From NCBI GenBank assembly GCA_000002445.1, contig CH464491.1:4896001-4960000 (forward strand): a stretch of DNA of 64,000 nt, in the 5' to 3' direction. The position numbers and the translations under genes were made by a program. Position 1 is the stretch's first letter; every line of letters begins with the position of its first letter. The notes below the pieces were generated by a model, which searched no databases, was not told the origin of the DNA, and worked only from the letters and a program-made list of their open reading frames with translations. Shown piece after piece: positions 34,372 through 45,027 of the stretch. Source of the stretch: Trypanosoma brucei. Its lineage: Eukaryota.

Positions 34372-35471
34372 TTAACATCGAAACTCTGCCCACCGTTCGT
34401 CAATTTTTGTAAGCTTTTTAACCAGAGGCTTCAGCATAGAATCATATTTGTAGCGGTTTTTGAGGTGTATGTAGTCTTCTTCGCTTATGTGATGGAAAAC
34501 GATAGTTTTTTCAGGCGTTAAATTAGTTGCGTGAAAAGCGCTCCTGTTTGCATGCATTACATACCAACAATCTTGCATCTCTACTGTCAGCAAACCATCA
34601 AATTTCAGTCTATTCCTTAATACCTCTCCCACCATAATATCTTCATTAAGTGCTCTAAAATCGATATTTCAAAATTTCTGAATTTAATTGGTGATTTTAC
34701 TAACTTTCTCAAAGGATCATAATCAACAATTTCCTTAAATACATCTCTTGATAGTGTGGAAGCATAACCAATAGTGTGCCATGTAATTTCATCACTAAAT
34801 TCTTTGGGATAACCAACAGCTCTTTCCATATTCAATTTCTATCGTGGCAATATTTTAAGGTGCTGTAAATACAATAGCACTCTCATAAAAATATCATCAT
34901 CTGCTTTCATTATACAGGAAATAGTTGGTTTAAATATTTCAACTGCAAATTTGAACCACAAGTATGTTTTTCTACTCATTGTCAGTTCCGCTTCCCATCC
35001 CCAATTACCCGCATCTCACACTTTCTCATTTGTTGTTGGATTCACATCGCAAACAGGCAAAATAATAATATCCTGATTTAACTCTGATTCTTCTTCAACA
35101 ATTTCTCTGAGCTCGCAATTGTTATTTGTATGAGGTGAAAGTGCATACACTATAAGCAACTTTCCAGTGAAATTATTTAATTTTCTCGCCACTTCAGGAT
35201 AACTCCAACACGTTTCTCTCTGTAAATGTCGTCGTCTAAATCCTTCATCATTATCTATTGAAGGTATTCCAGCTACAACCAAATAATTTTCAGTTCTCCA
35301 AATCCTCCTCACATCCAGCGGAACAAATCTCATATACTGATTTTCACCAATTTCAAGTGAAGTGGATTCACCTTTGTCATACAAGCTGTACAGCAATACG
35401 AGTAGATTAATACCCATAACAATAAAAGTTAAACAGCATATAGTCCCATAAATACTTCCTATACACTTCAT
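34372..35471 (-). pseudogene. Beta-1,3-glycosyltransferase-like (UDP-Gal/UDP-GlcNAc-dependent GT family) pseudogene
   Basis: Type-II N-terminal membrane anchor (CCLTFIVMGINLLVLLY). Conserved ETCWSYPE...ILPVCDVNPT block shared with the 48587-49522 copy, which also has a KADDDIF (DxD) motif. Three frames: 35016-35471, 34617-34835, 34372-34635. Confidence 0.55.
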
Positions 35472-36157
35472 AAGATGTTATCATAATAGCAATAAAGAAC
35501 TTGAAATTCCTTAAAGATTAATAGAAACCCATAAAAAGAGAAGAAGGCAGTTGCGCAGATAATATGATTAGTTATGAAGTAATGTTTACCAATATATATG
35601 CATTGCTCTGATATTTTTATGATATAGCTGTTAAACAGTGTGTGCTCAATGTTTAGGGATTATATTTCATCACGGACCTACACTTTTTATTTTTTTAATT
35701 CACATTCAAGTACGACTGCTGCTGCACGCTACATGAACCCCTATGTACATTGTTATGGCAGTTAAAGTAGTCAGATACACTACTGGTCCTCTTGTTTACT
35801 ATGAAGTTTAAGCCTTTGTGCTGTAAATATGCCAACTATCCACTTTCCCAAATTTTCCACCGATTTGGCTTCTTAGCTATTTCTACTGTTGTTGCAGATA
35901 ATATAGTAACTCCATTTGGGCCGCACACTAGACTGAGCGTGCTTCTTATATGCCGCCCATAACCACCATATGTATGATAATGTCCATCGTCATGTTTGTG
36001 TATGGAACTACACATATTCCATTTCTCCCTCTATTTGTATTTCTGCGCGTCCTTCAATATAATCCTCAGCGCTCTCCCACTTACTTACATATATTGCGTA
36101 TTTCATAGCTATAAGTGCCTCTAGTTTTGCCGTTCATTGCCCCTCAACCGCTACTTT

Positions 36158-36225
36158 TATTATAATATTCGTATATTCACACTCACAATACTCCCCTTTA
36201 TTACTATCATTACTATTACTATAAT
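36158..36225 (-). repeat. 70-bp repeat unit (reverse)
   Basis: TTATTATAATATTCGTATATTCACACTCACAATACTCCCCTTTATTACTATCATTACTATTACT. Confidence 0.75.
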
Positions 36226-36375
36226 CTTCCATTACTCCTAAGATGAAAACAAACAAAATGAATTAAATTAGAAAATTTATCATTTTTCACAGTCTATCTT
36301 TTTTGTTTTTAACCCATAGGCACAAGACATGCACATTTTAATAACTTTTAAAAAGATTCACGTTTTCATCAAAAA

Positions 36376-36391
36376 ATTTTAAAATATATCA
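36376..36391 (-). promoter_or_regulatory. VSG 3'UTR 16-mer-like (14 of 16 matches)
   Basis: ATTTTAAAATATATCA on +. Confidence 0.45.
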
Positions 36392-36469
36392 AAAAATTTT
36401 CGAAATATAAATCTCATAAACTTCACAAAATTGAGCAGAAAAGCTTAATATCTTTAAAATGATAAAATT

Positions 36470-37892
36470 CTTCTAAACCCACAAAAGCAGCAGCCATCAG
36501 AGTAAATTTCTTATGGAAGAGAAAGCTTGAATCCTTGCAACTATTATTTTCCCATTTGCAGTTCTATCCGTTGTTGCACGCTGTCTGGTTCTGAAAGCTG
36601 CTGCACACAGGTTTTCCAGTATTATCCCCGTCTTTCTTTTCTCCTTTTTTGTCTCCTGAGTCTGCTTTCTTAGGAGAACCCTCAGCATTGGTGGGTTTTT
36701 CTTGTGGCACCGATTTTTGGTTTGTTTGAGCAGTAAATAAAGCCAGTGCTTTGTGGAAATCACTTCCGCTTGCCGTCTCTATGCTCTTTGGTTGAGCGTC
36801 GTCTTGTAGCTTTAGAGCCGCGTTATTTTCTGTCAGTTTCGCTAAAAACTTCTTGGTAATGGTTTCGTCTCCTTTGCCAAGTATGTTCGCTACTGCTGCT
36901 TTGCGCTTATCTGGGTCTTGCTCTTTGTCGCTTTTCGTGGTTAGGATTAGTGCTGTGTCTTGTGCGGTCGGATCGTCTGCTAGTTCGTCTAGGGTTTCGC
37001 TACCGAGTGCTGGTTGGGTTGTTAGGTCAGCCTTTCGCGCAAGGCATACTTTGTACACAAGCTCGCTTGTGTCTGTTGCGTCGTAGTTTTCGTTTGTTTT
37101 TGGTGTCTTGCACGCGTTTTCTGTTTCGATGGAGACGGTTGTGTGTGTGAGCACCTTTTGTTCTGTTGCTAAGCCTTGAATGGGTATGCCATTGCTTCTA
37201 ACACCTGCGTCGTTTCCGCAGCCGTCACTGCCTGTTAGAGCTCTTTTAGCTGCTGGGCTGCTTTTTTCCTGCAACGACGCGAACAGTGGCATCGCTTTGA
37301 TTGTGGCCGCACTAAGCAACTTAAGCTGTGTTTCGGTGGTTACCCGCTCGTCCACCTTGTTAAGTTCTGTTTCCGCTGCTTCCGTGTTGCATTTTCTGTT
37401 AGCTGGCGGCGTCACGATTGGGTGTACTCTGCATCTTGTGTTGAAGTTGCTGTTTTGTGGGTTGGTGGCCGAGTCCGCTTCTGCCGCCACTGTGTACTTT
37501 GCGTCTGCCTTAACAGGCGTTATACGTGATAGAAGTAATACCCCTGTTCTGTGTCCCACATACTCTGAGAGCTAAGTGATTGCTGTCGGTACGGTCTTTT
37601 GTTTGCTGATTTCTTTATCTAGCCACTGCGTTGAAACTGCTTCCAGCAGCGCACATGCCATTCCGAGTTTAGTCGCCGCACGTTGTTCCGCTGCGAGTCT
37701 GAGTTGTTTCTGTTGGTTGCTCAAGGTTTGAACTGTACCGAATAGTTCGGTTAGCTTGCCTGAAAAATGCGTTAGCAAGTTGGCCACGTATTTTCTCTCA
37801 GTACAGTCGTCTTGTACTGCTTTAGCCGGTGTTCCTGGAGTGGCCAGTGCCACGTTGGTTGTTACAAGTAAGGCTGTGGCTATTAACAACAT
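36470..37892 (-). pseudogene. VSG pseudogene (in-frame stop plus C-terminal frameshift)
   Basis: Signal MLLIATALLVTTNVALA in ORF 37572-37892. An in-frame stop separates it from ORF 36564-37559. The tail CKWENNSCKDSSFLFHKKFTLMAAAFV is in another frame. Confidence 0.75.
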
Positions 37893-39713
37893 AGTCTACT
37901 TATTCTTGGCGGCACCTTTTTTTTGTTACTACTGTGGTTTTGGTGTTCTGCTTGTAGGTCTTTTTGTTAGTGTTTAAAAGGGGGAAGATCCTTGTGGTTT
38001 CTGATGTTAACGGTGCGAGATTGGCCGCTTACATGGAGGTTGGTCGTCTGCGGGTTGGCTTATAATTAATGCATCAACTTTCCAAACTTGTACACAAAAT
38101 AACCTCTTCCCTTCTTGCCTCTGTTTTTTTGTCGCTACGCTTCTCTCTTTGTGTCAAACGCTATAAGCTCCCATATTTGCGTGCTATATCAGTGTTGAAA
38201 TATCTTCCCAGTTACCACTTTTGTCAGCACAAGTATTGTAACTAACATCGCAGTTTCTCGACCAAACGTCTGCGAAACTACAGGCGCTTTCCAGTTAGCT
38301 CCATCACCGCTTTTCTTCTCACTTAGCGATACTGTGGCATAGTTAAACCTAATCTTGCTTATAGTTGAGCTTAGTAGATTTGTTGAGGCTTTTTCATTGT
38401 TTTTCGGTGTACATTTTGGTGCTTCTTACCTTGGGTTTGTTGGTGAACTCTTTTTGGATGTTAAATTGTTTAATTGGGGATTTATTGTTTCTAAAGCTTT
38501 TATTCTGTCTGTCATACTGACTCAGTCCTTTTGTGTAGCGCATAAAGATAAATGCACAAAGAAATCACTCTATATATACTCATTTTGACACTACCCCTAG
38601 TTATTTTCAGATTTCTATTTACTTTTTTCATTCGTTCAAATATTAGAGTTTGACCATATGTAGCGTGAAACTGAGAACTGGATGTTGTTTCTAAGTTGGT
38701 GTTAATGTGTTAGCCCTCTGGCCATCTCTGTACGCAATAATTCTCCGCTTGTGGTTACGCCTTGTTTGCGCACATTATCTTAATAATTGTTATGATTTCT
38801 TTGATTTCTGTTTTATCGTGCACTTTTCTAGCATATGGTGCCCTGCCGGAAGCTATTGTGCATCTAGACGTATTTTTATTTTAATTGTCCCCTTTGTGTC
38901 CCCTTTACTTTAATAATAAGATTCTGTGGATGCCGCTGAAGTGGCCGCTGCTTATATTAGATTTTTCTGAATGTACTAATACCGCTGTAGAATGCTCTAC
39001 TATACTTGATGCCTTGATACTTCTTGCGGTTTCAGTATTAGGTAATTTATTATTGGGCTATTATATATATTGATTATCCTTTGAAAGACAAATGTCTCAC
39101 TTATTATAATATGTAAGTTATCATTTTCAATGGTCGTGCCTTTCACCTGTTCACCCTCTGAAAGGTTAGCTTTGTCATAGAAACCCATTGTGTCAATGAC
39201 GTAAATTTTGTTTTGCGACACTTTTCTACTTTATCTTTTAACCATATCGTTCCATATTAAATTCGGTAGAATATCTTTATATTTCTGGCAGTCCATGTGA
39301 CTCCGAAAGCAGTGCATATATTTCTATGCCTGAAAATTCAAAGCGTGTGTTCTTTATTGGTTCTACTTGGAGGAAGATCTTCATTACATGTTTCATAATC
39401 AAACATGTACCGTTGCTGTTCTGCACTGAGACGGTTCCTCTTCTGCATGTCCTTCCGATTGTTGCTTATTTTACATCACCAGATTATTTTGGCTCGAAAC
39501 TTGTTTGTAACTAGTAGGCTCCGTCCCTTTTCTTTTCTTTCATTTTGTGCTTCAACTCTGCGTAAGCAAGAACTCTTATATAATTTGTCCTTACTACGAA
39601 AACAAGAAATTTGGAAGCCGTATGTCAGTGTGAATTTTGCAGAGTTCTGCCGCTAATTCTCCACTCTTCACGAAGGTTATCTAATGGTTAATACGTGCTC
39701 TACTCCCTTGTAA

Positions 39714-40283
39714 CGCCAGCCACCTCAACGTGGTGCCAGGGTCTAGTGCTCCGTCTCATCGGGGGAAGCCAAGAGCCAGCAGCGTTCCTCTTTTGGAACA
39801 CTGCTGTGCTCCGGCTACGGCATCATACAGCACAGGGATCAGCAGCGTCTTGCTGGGACACCGTTTTTCATTTGTCGGTCCCTGGGCACGTGCCAGCGTG
39901 TCATCAGCAGTATCATCCGCACTAAGATGCTGCTGTCCGGTGATATGGAAGAGAATCCCAGCCCGTCGTTGTGCGGGATGCAGTGGAACTGCGCCGGGCT
40001 ATCTCAAGGAAAGAGATTAGCACTCCACAAAACCCTTGTTGATGAGCGGATCGCCTTTTGTCTGTTGAGTGAGACAAGGATGACGCCTGGAGAGGCGGCT
40101 TGCTTTAGCGTTGCTGGCTACCAACATCACGGAATAGCTCGTAACTGCAAAGGAGGTGGTGTATCAATACTAGTGAGGGAGGACCTACCAGTCGAGACCG
40201 GTATAGCCGTTGTTGGTCACATTGAAAAAGTGCATGCAACAATTCACCTTGCACGTGAAACGGCGCTGACTGTCACGTCGGCA
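39714..40283 (+). mobile_element. ingi 5' fragment (about 570 bp) in + orientation, abutting the poly(A) end of the - strand ingi
   Basis: GCCAGCCACCTCAACGTGGTGCCAGGG... encodes MLLSGDMEENPSPSLCGMQWNCAGLSQGKRLALHK...ARETALTVTSA. It ends one base before the poly-T at 40284. Confidence 0.85.
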
Positions 40284-40551
40284 TTTTTTTTTGAATTTTC
40301 TTCGTGCCTTCGTGAGAGTTTCCCCCCACTGGCGCGGCCATCAGCCATCACCGTAGAGCCCTGAGATGCTATCGGTCTGGCAACTGTGGCAGAGTCTCAC
40401 CTTTTTTATTCAGCCTAACACTCTCTATAATTTTTGTTGTAGCTCCGCAGTTGAACGGAACACAGCAGATGGGGCGACAAGCCTCCCACCCTAGACTCTC
40501 CCAAAGATGTCAATTAGCAATCCTTTTGTTTTGATTTTTGTTATTCGTTTA

Positions 40552-42444
40552 TTATTCTCTTCCCCTCTTTCTGTTTTTGTTGCTTGTTGACTGCATACCC
40601 CTTCTGTCTCTGAGGGTGTCTGGACTATTCCTGCGGTTGGTGCTTTTCCTGCTAGCTCCACACTCGGCAATAAGGGGGGAAGTTGCAGAAGGGAGAGTGG
40701 GTTGTATGACTGTTACCTTAGGGGAGGACTTCACCTGCGGCTGGCTCCGTTCAACCGCAATGAGAAACTGCGCCAGCCTTTTGGAAAAACATATATCCTG
40801 CACAAACACACCTTCTACCGCAAACCTGACACGTAACTCCTTCAAACCGGGACAGCTCATCAAGTGCAGCGACGTTTCTTCGCAGTCGCCGCGTTGGCTG
40901 GTAACAGCGCGCTCTACCTTCATACCGTGCATCTTCTTTTGATGTAGGGTGAGGCCAGTTTTGTTAGCACACTGCCTTCCGCATGTCGGGTACACCAACA
41001 TGGATGTGTTTGTATGCGGGGAATCAGTGGCACACAATTTCGTGCTTTTGCTGCATTTAAGCTCGACTCCCTCACCTTTGTGGAAAGCCTTACAGTGTCG
41101 GATGAGGGAGTCCCTGCAACTGAGCACTTTTTGACACACACCACACTGCACCTCGACCTTCCCAGGAATGTCAACGTTTCCCTCACGGGCACGCTTACGA
41201 GGGAATTGCACCACCACCACGGTACCGTCCTCCGTCACTATGCTTTTATGTTTGAATTTCTTGTGTAGTGACAGGGAAGAACGTGTACCGAAGCTCGCCT
41301 CGCACAGGTCACATTGAAATGGCAGCTTCCGTGTATCCTGAGAGGCTGGCGCTGCTGGGGATCTACCATCTCCTTGCACTGAGTCCTCGTTCTCTCGCCC
41401 CCTTTTCACGCGGCAACTACCGCTACCTATGCCATGTATTGTTCTAAGGTGGTGTAATAGTCGGCCTGGCACTGCGAATTTGGAGGCACAGAGGGTACAA
41501 TGAAGCACCTGCGGTCTCATCGGGACTCGTGTGCTCGATGGTAGAGGAACGATCGCTACCACTGGAGGGGGCTCCGGGGGGATATCCACTGCAGGTGTTG
41601 CATCGCCGTATTTGATCCTCCGGAGGGCATCAGCTCGCACAAAGCCGTGTTTGTTTACCATGTGCGTTACAGCACTCGAGCGGCATTGATATGTGGCATC
41701 ACATTCCGTACATTTGGTCGGTTCGGAGGTTCTCTGAAGAGTGCGTGTCACAACAGTTGGGGCTGTTTGTATTGTTGGCCCTATCGCTGAATGTTGCGGG
41801 TTGCACCATCGGCACTGTGGAGGCACACTCGGGTTGATCTTTCGCAACATCCATCCATAGTGCCTTGAAGACCCAACCCGAAAGCGTGCCAGTCCCGTTT
41901 CTTCTTCCCTCGTCAGTTCTTCCTTATGTTTTGTCGGAAAGTGGTTGCCCGTGATACCAAACCTATGAGTGTTCTCATGGACTTCTTCCGACATAAGCAC
42001 TCGCTTCGCATAATCAATGATGTCGGGGATCCATGTATCTCGCAGCTGTGGTAAATCAGCGGCCTTTTTGGCCATTTCATCGCAAACCTCATTCCGTTTC
42101 ACGCCACAATGACCAAACACAAATTGCAGTCGGATACGTATCTTCCTTCTCTGAACTTGAAGCAGAAGCCTCCATAGTCGTCTTAGAATTGGGTCCGTTA
42201 CGGCTAGGAGGCCTGTCTGCAGTGCTGTTAACATTGACAGCGAGTCAGAGAAGATGGACAACCTGCTCGGTGTGCTTCTGTATGCCGGAAGCCATTTCAG
42301 CAGCCGTTGCAGTCCTATCTCTAATGCTACGCATTCCGCTCTGTAACTGCATGAGAGTTCCCCTGCTCCGGTCTTGGGTGCACAAATCAGCGTGTTGTTT
42401 CTATAGAGCAGGGCAGCTGCTCCGGACTTCTCACCGAGGGACAC
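40552..42444 (-). CDS. ingi ORF: RNase H-like plus C2H2 zinc-finger C-terminal region (630 aa, GTG start as called by the ORF track)
   Basis: SLGEKSGAAALLYRNN...CTECDATYQCRSSAVTHM...CGVCQKVLSCRDSLIRHCKAFH. Same frame as the upstream ORF, separated by a TGA. Confidence 0.8.
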   Translation of the reverse strand: MSLGEKSGAAALLYRNNTLICAPKTGAGELSCSYRAECVALEIGLQRLLKWLPAYRSTPSRLSIFSDSLSMLTALQTGLLAVTDPILRRLWRLLLQVQRRKIRIRLQFVFGHCGVKRNEVCDEMAKKAADLPQLRDTWIPDIIDYAKRVLMSEEVHENTHRFGITGNHFPTKHKEELTREEETGLARFRVGSSRHYGWMLRKINPSVPPQCRWCNPQHSAIGPTIQTAPTVVTRTLQRTSEPTKCTECDATYQCRSSAVTHMVNKHGFVRADALRRIKYGDATPAVDIPPEPPPVVAIVPLPSSTRVPMRPQVLHCTLCASKFAVPGRLLHHLRTIHGIGSGSCRVKRGRENEDSVQGDGRSPAAPASQDTRKLPFQCDLCEASFGTRSSLSLHKKFKHKSIVTEDGTVVVVQFPRKRAREGNVDIPGKVEVQCGVCQKVLSCRDSLIRHCKAFHKGEGVELKCSKSTKLCATDSPHTNTSMLVYPTCGRQCANKTGLTLHQKKMHGMKVERAVTSQRGDCEETSLHLMSCPGLKELRVRFAVEGVFVQDICFSKRLAQFLIAVERSQPQVKSSPKVTVIQPTLPSATSPLIAECGASRKSTNRRNSPDTLRDRRGMQSTSNKNRKRGRE

Positions 42445-42456
42445 GGATCCATCAGT

Positions 42457-45027
42457 TCACAATTCGTAGTGCTCTCGCCGCGGTGGCTCCTTCCCCCTCC
42501 GTGCAAAATGCCGTGCAATCCACTTTTCGGAAGCCTCCCTTTTGGCATCGTCAGGGTCATCAGCGCACGCAGGCTTTATCTGCGTGTGAAATAGTGATCG
42601 GCAGCTGTGGCGGAGCGTCGATGTCTCTAGTAGGTGCTCGCGTGGCTCAATGCGGAGGTGAAGGTAAGACCGCATGGTGCGGGAATGTAGGGCTTTGACT
42701 AGATGTTTGCTGTGGTATACTTCCTCAGCACTGCGCCGCAAACATCCGCCTCGTGACTCACACATCAGCATGAATTTCATGCTGCGCACAAGAGTGGTCG
42801 TCTTGAGTGGCAGGAGGTTTGCCTCCAGCAGAGAGTCCTCTTTGCGCGTCCCATGGGGTATGCCAGCTATGATGCAACTGGCTTTGTGTTGTGCTGCTGA
42901 AAGGAGATCGCGACTTCGTTCCGAAGCGTCCCAGTACCATACCTCAATGCCATACATGGTATGTGCCTGTACGAGTGCTAGATAAAAAGCTCTCAGTACT
43001 TGTCGTCTTGGCCCCCATGTAGAAGCTGAGATGGCTGCTATCTGCAGTAGTCGGAAGTCCATCTTGCGTCTCGTTTCGGCCGCATGTGTTGCCATCCCTT
43101 GCAGACACTGGAATGTTACTCCTAGAAGCTTCGGTGTCCTGTCAGCTCCTATTCTTTCGCCGTCCAGTTGTAATGTAAGGGGGTGGCGCTCTATACACCC
43201 GAAGAGTTTGCACTTTGTTTTCGCTACGTTGACAGACATAAAGTCCTTTTTTGACCACTGTAACACCACGTTGAGACCGCATTGTAGTGTGTGGTTGATG
43301 ACATCCCTCTCGGTGTGCCTCGCAAGTAGCGTTAGGTCGTCTGCAAAGAATCCGTGCTGCAGTAACGGCACTTCTACAAGGCGTTGGCTCAACGAGTTCA
43401 TGACAATAATGAACATGATTGGGCCAAGGACAGTTCCTTGTGGCACTCCTCGCTCAAATGTTCTGCTTCTGGAAAGCTTCTCCTTGAATCTCACTCTGCC
43501 AGTTCGGTTACTCAGAAATGATACGCACCACTTCACAATGTGGGGTGATACCTTCATTCTGTGCATTTCCCTCGCAATGCTGTTGTGTTCTACTGTATCA
43601 AATGCCTTCTCGTAGTCAACGAATACAGCACCCGTACGATATTTGTGCGTGGGACGGCAGAGGGCAGCGCGGACGTGGAGGAGTTGTTCGAGCGTTGAAC
43701 ATCCGGGGCGAAAGCCTGATTGCTGCGGCGTCAGCTGGAACTCAACAATGTCTCTAAGCCTCGTGGCAATTATGCGCTCCATGACTTTGCATAGACAGCT
43801 CGTGAGCGTCACAGGCCTGTAAGAATCGAGGTCCTCCGCCTTTTTTCCGGCCTTCAGGATGGGGATGATAACACCAGTCTTCCATGCAGGCGGCACGACT
43901 CCCGTTCGTAGGCTCTCATTGAATAGCCTCAGAACAACATTCAGCGCTGTTCTGCCGAGATGTTGCAGTGCCTCGTTGTGTAAGCAATCAGTTCTTGCTG
44001 CAGATCCACTCGGTAGCAGTTTGATCGATCTCCGTAGCTCAGCAATCGTGATGGGACTGAACTCACTCGCTATCGTCTTTATGGGTGCCGGTGGGTGTGA
44101 GTCGGGGTGTCTTCTTGCGCGGGACGAGTACAGTTTAATGAACCTCTCAGCTTGACAGTAGTCCGTGATGGCCGCGTTATCAACAAGTACAGCCGGTGTG
44201 GTTAGTAGTCGTGGCGCATATACCTTCTTGACAATGTGCCAACTGCAGCGGTCTGACACCGCAAGTCTGGAGCATAGCGTGCTCCATCTCTTCTTTGTGG
44301 TACGGTCCAGTATCTGCTTACGCGTGGCTACCAACTTTTCCCTTCGGTGGGAGGGTCCGCATCCAGCGATCTCTTCATCGAGTTTCGCGAGCTCAGGTGT
44401 CCAATGTGATGGCGTTGCTCTGCAGCCACGGGGGACGGAGACCTTCGTCGCAATGCGGATGGCGGAGCTCAATTTCTGTTCCAGGGTGTTGACGGTTTTT
44501 TCTCTACCAATTTTCCCGCAGAGCTCGTCAACCTTGAGACGGAAATTCCTCCAGTTAGCTTTTAGCCATGCGTACATGGGCTTTCGAAGCCGCGGGCAAC
44601 TCAGTGCATCTGTGTCCTCTCCGACGATAACGTCGAAAAATATGTGATGGTGATCGCTATCGGGAGAATACAGCGATGTCCACGTGTCCACTGTGCAATT
44701 CCTTGACAGTGTCACATCAGGGGTGGACTCCCCGTGGTGGCGCGCGTACTTTGTGCACTCACCAGTGTTGCAGACCAGAAACTGGTTGTCAATGCACCAC
44801 TGTGTGAGGGTTTCACCCTTGGTATTTGGTGGGTTCGCGCGATCCCATGCCAACGCGTGTGCGTTAGCCTCTACACCGATGAGCTGGGCCCCGTCAGTCG
44901 TCAGAAGCGTATCTAGGTCAGTTGCCGTGAAGGTGTGTTTTGGTGGGATGTATGCCGACGTGACAGTCAGCGCCGTTCCACGTGCAAGGTGAATTGTTGC
45001 ATGCACTTGTTCAACTCCCCCCAACAA
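42457..45027 (-). CDS. ingi ORF: endonuclease plus reverse transcriptase (856 aa)
   Basis: FVDYEKAFDTV, FADDLTLL. About 95% identical to the 10521-13076 ORF. Confidence 0.85.
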   Translation of the reverse strand: MLGGVEQVHATIHLARGTALTVTSAYIPPKHTFTATDLDTLLTTDGAQLIGVEANAHALAWDRANPPNTKGETLTQWCIDNQFLVCNTGECTKYARHHGESTPDVTLSRNCTVDTWTSLYSPDSDHHHIFFDVIVGEDTDALSCPRLRKPMYAWLKANWRNFRLKVDELCGKIGREKTVNTLEQKLSSAIRIATKVSVPRGCRATPSHWTPELAKLDEEIAGCGPSHRREKLVATRKQILDRTTKKRWSTLCSRLAVSDRCSWHIVKKVYAPRLLTTPAVLVDNAAITDYCQAERFIKLYSSRARRHPDSHPPAPIKTIASEFSPITIAELRRSIKLLPSGSAARTDCLHNEALQHLGRTALNVVLRLFNESLRTGVVPPAWKTGVIIPILKAGKKAEDLDSYRPVTLTSCLCKVMERIIATRLRDIVEFQLTPQQSGFRPGCSTLEQLLHVRAALCRPTHKYRTGAVFVDYEKAFDTVEHNSIAREMHRMKVSPHIVKWCVSFLSNRTGRVRFKEKLSRSRTFERGVPQGTVLGPIMFIIVMNSLSQRLVEVPLLQHGFFADDLTLLARHTERDVINHTLQCGLNVVLQWSKKDFMSVNVAKTKCKLFGCIERHPLTLQLDGERIGADRTPKLLGVTFQCLQGMATHAAETRRKMDFRLLQIAAISASTWGPRRQVLRAFYLALVQAHTMYGIEVWYWDASERSRDLLSAAQHKASCIIAGIPHGTRKEDSLLEANLLPLKTTTLVRSMKFMLMCESRGGCLRRSAEEVYHSKHLVKALHSRTMRSYLHLRIEPREHLLETSTLRHSCRSLFHTQIKPACADDPDDAKREASEKWIARHFARRGKEPPRREHYEL

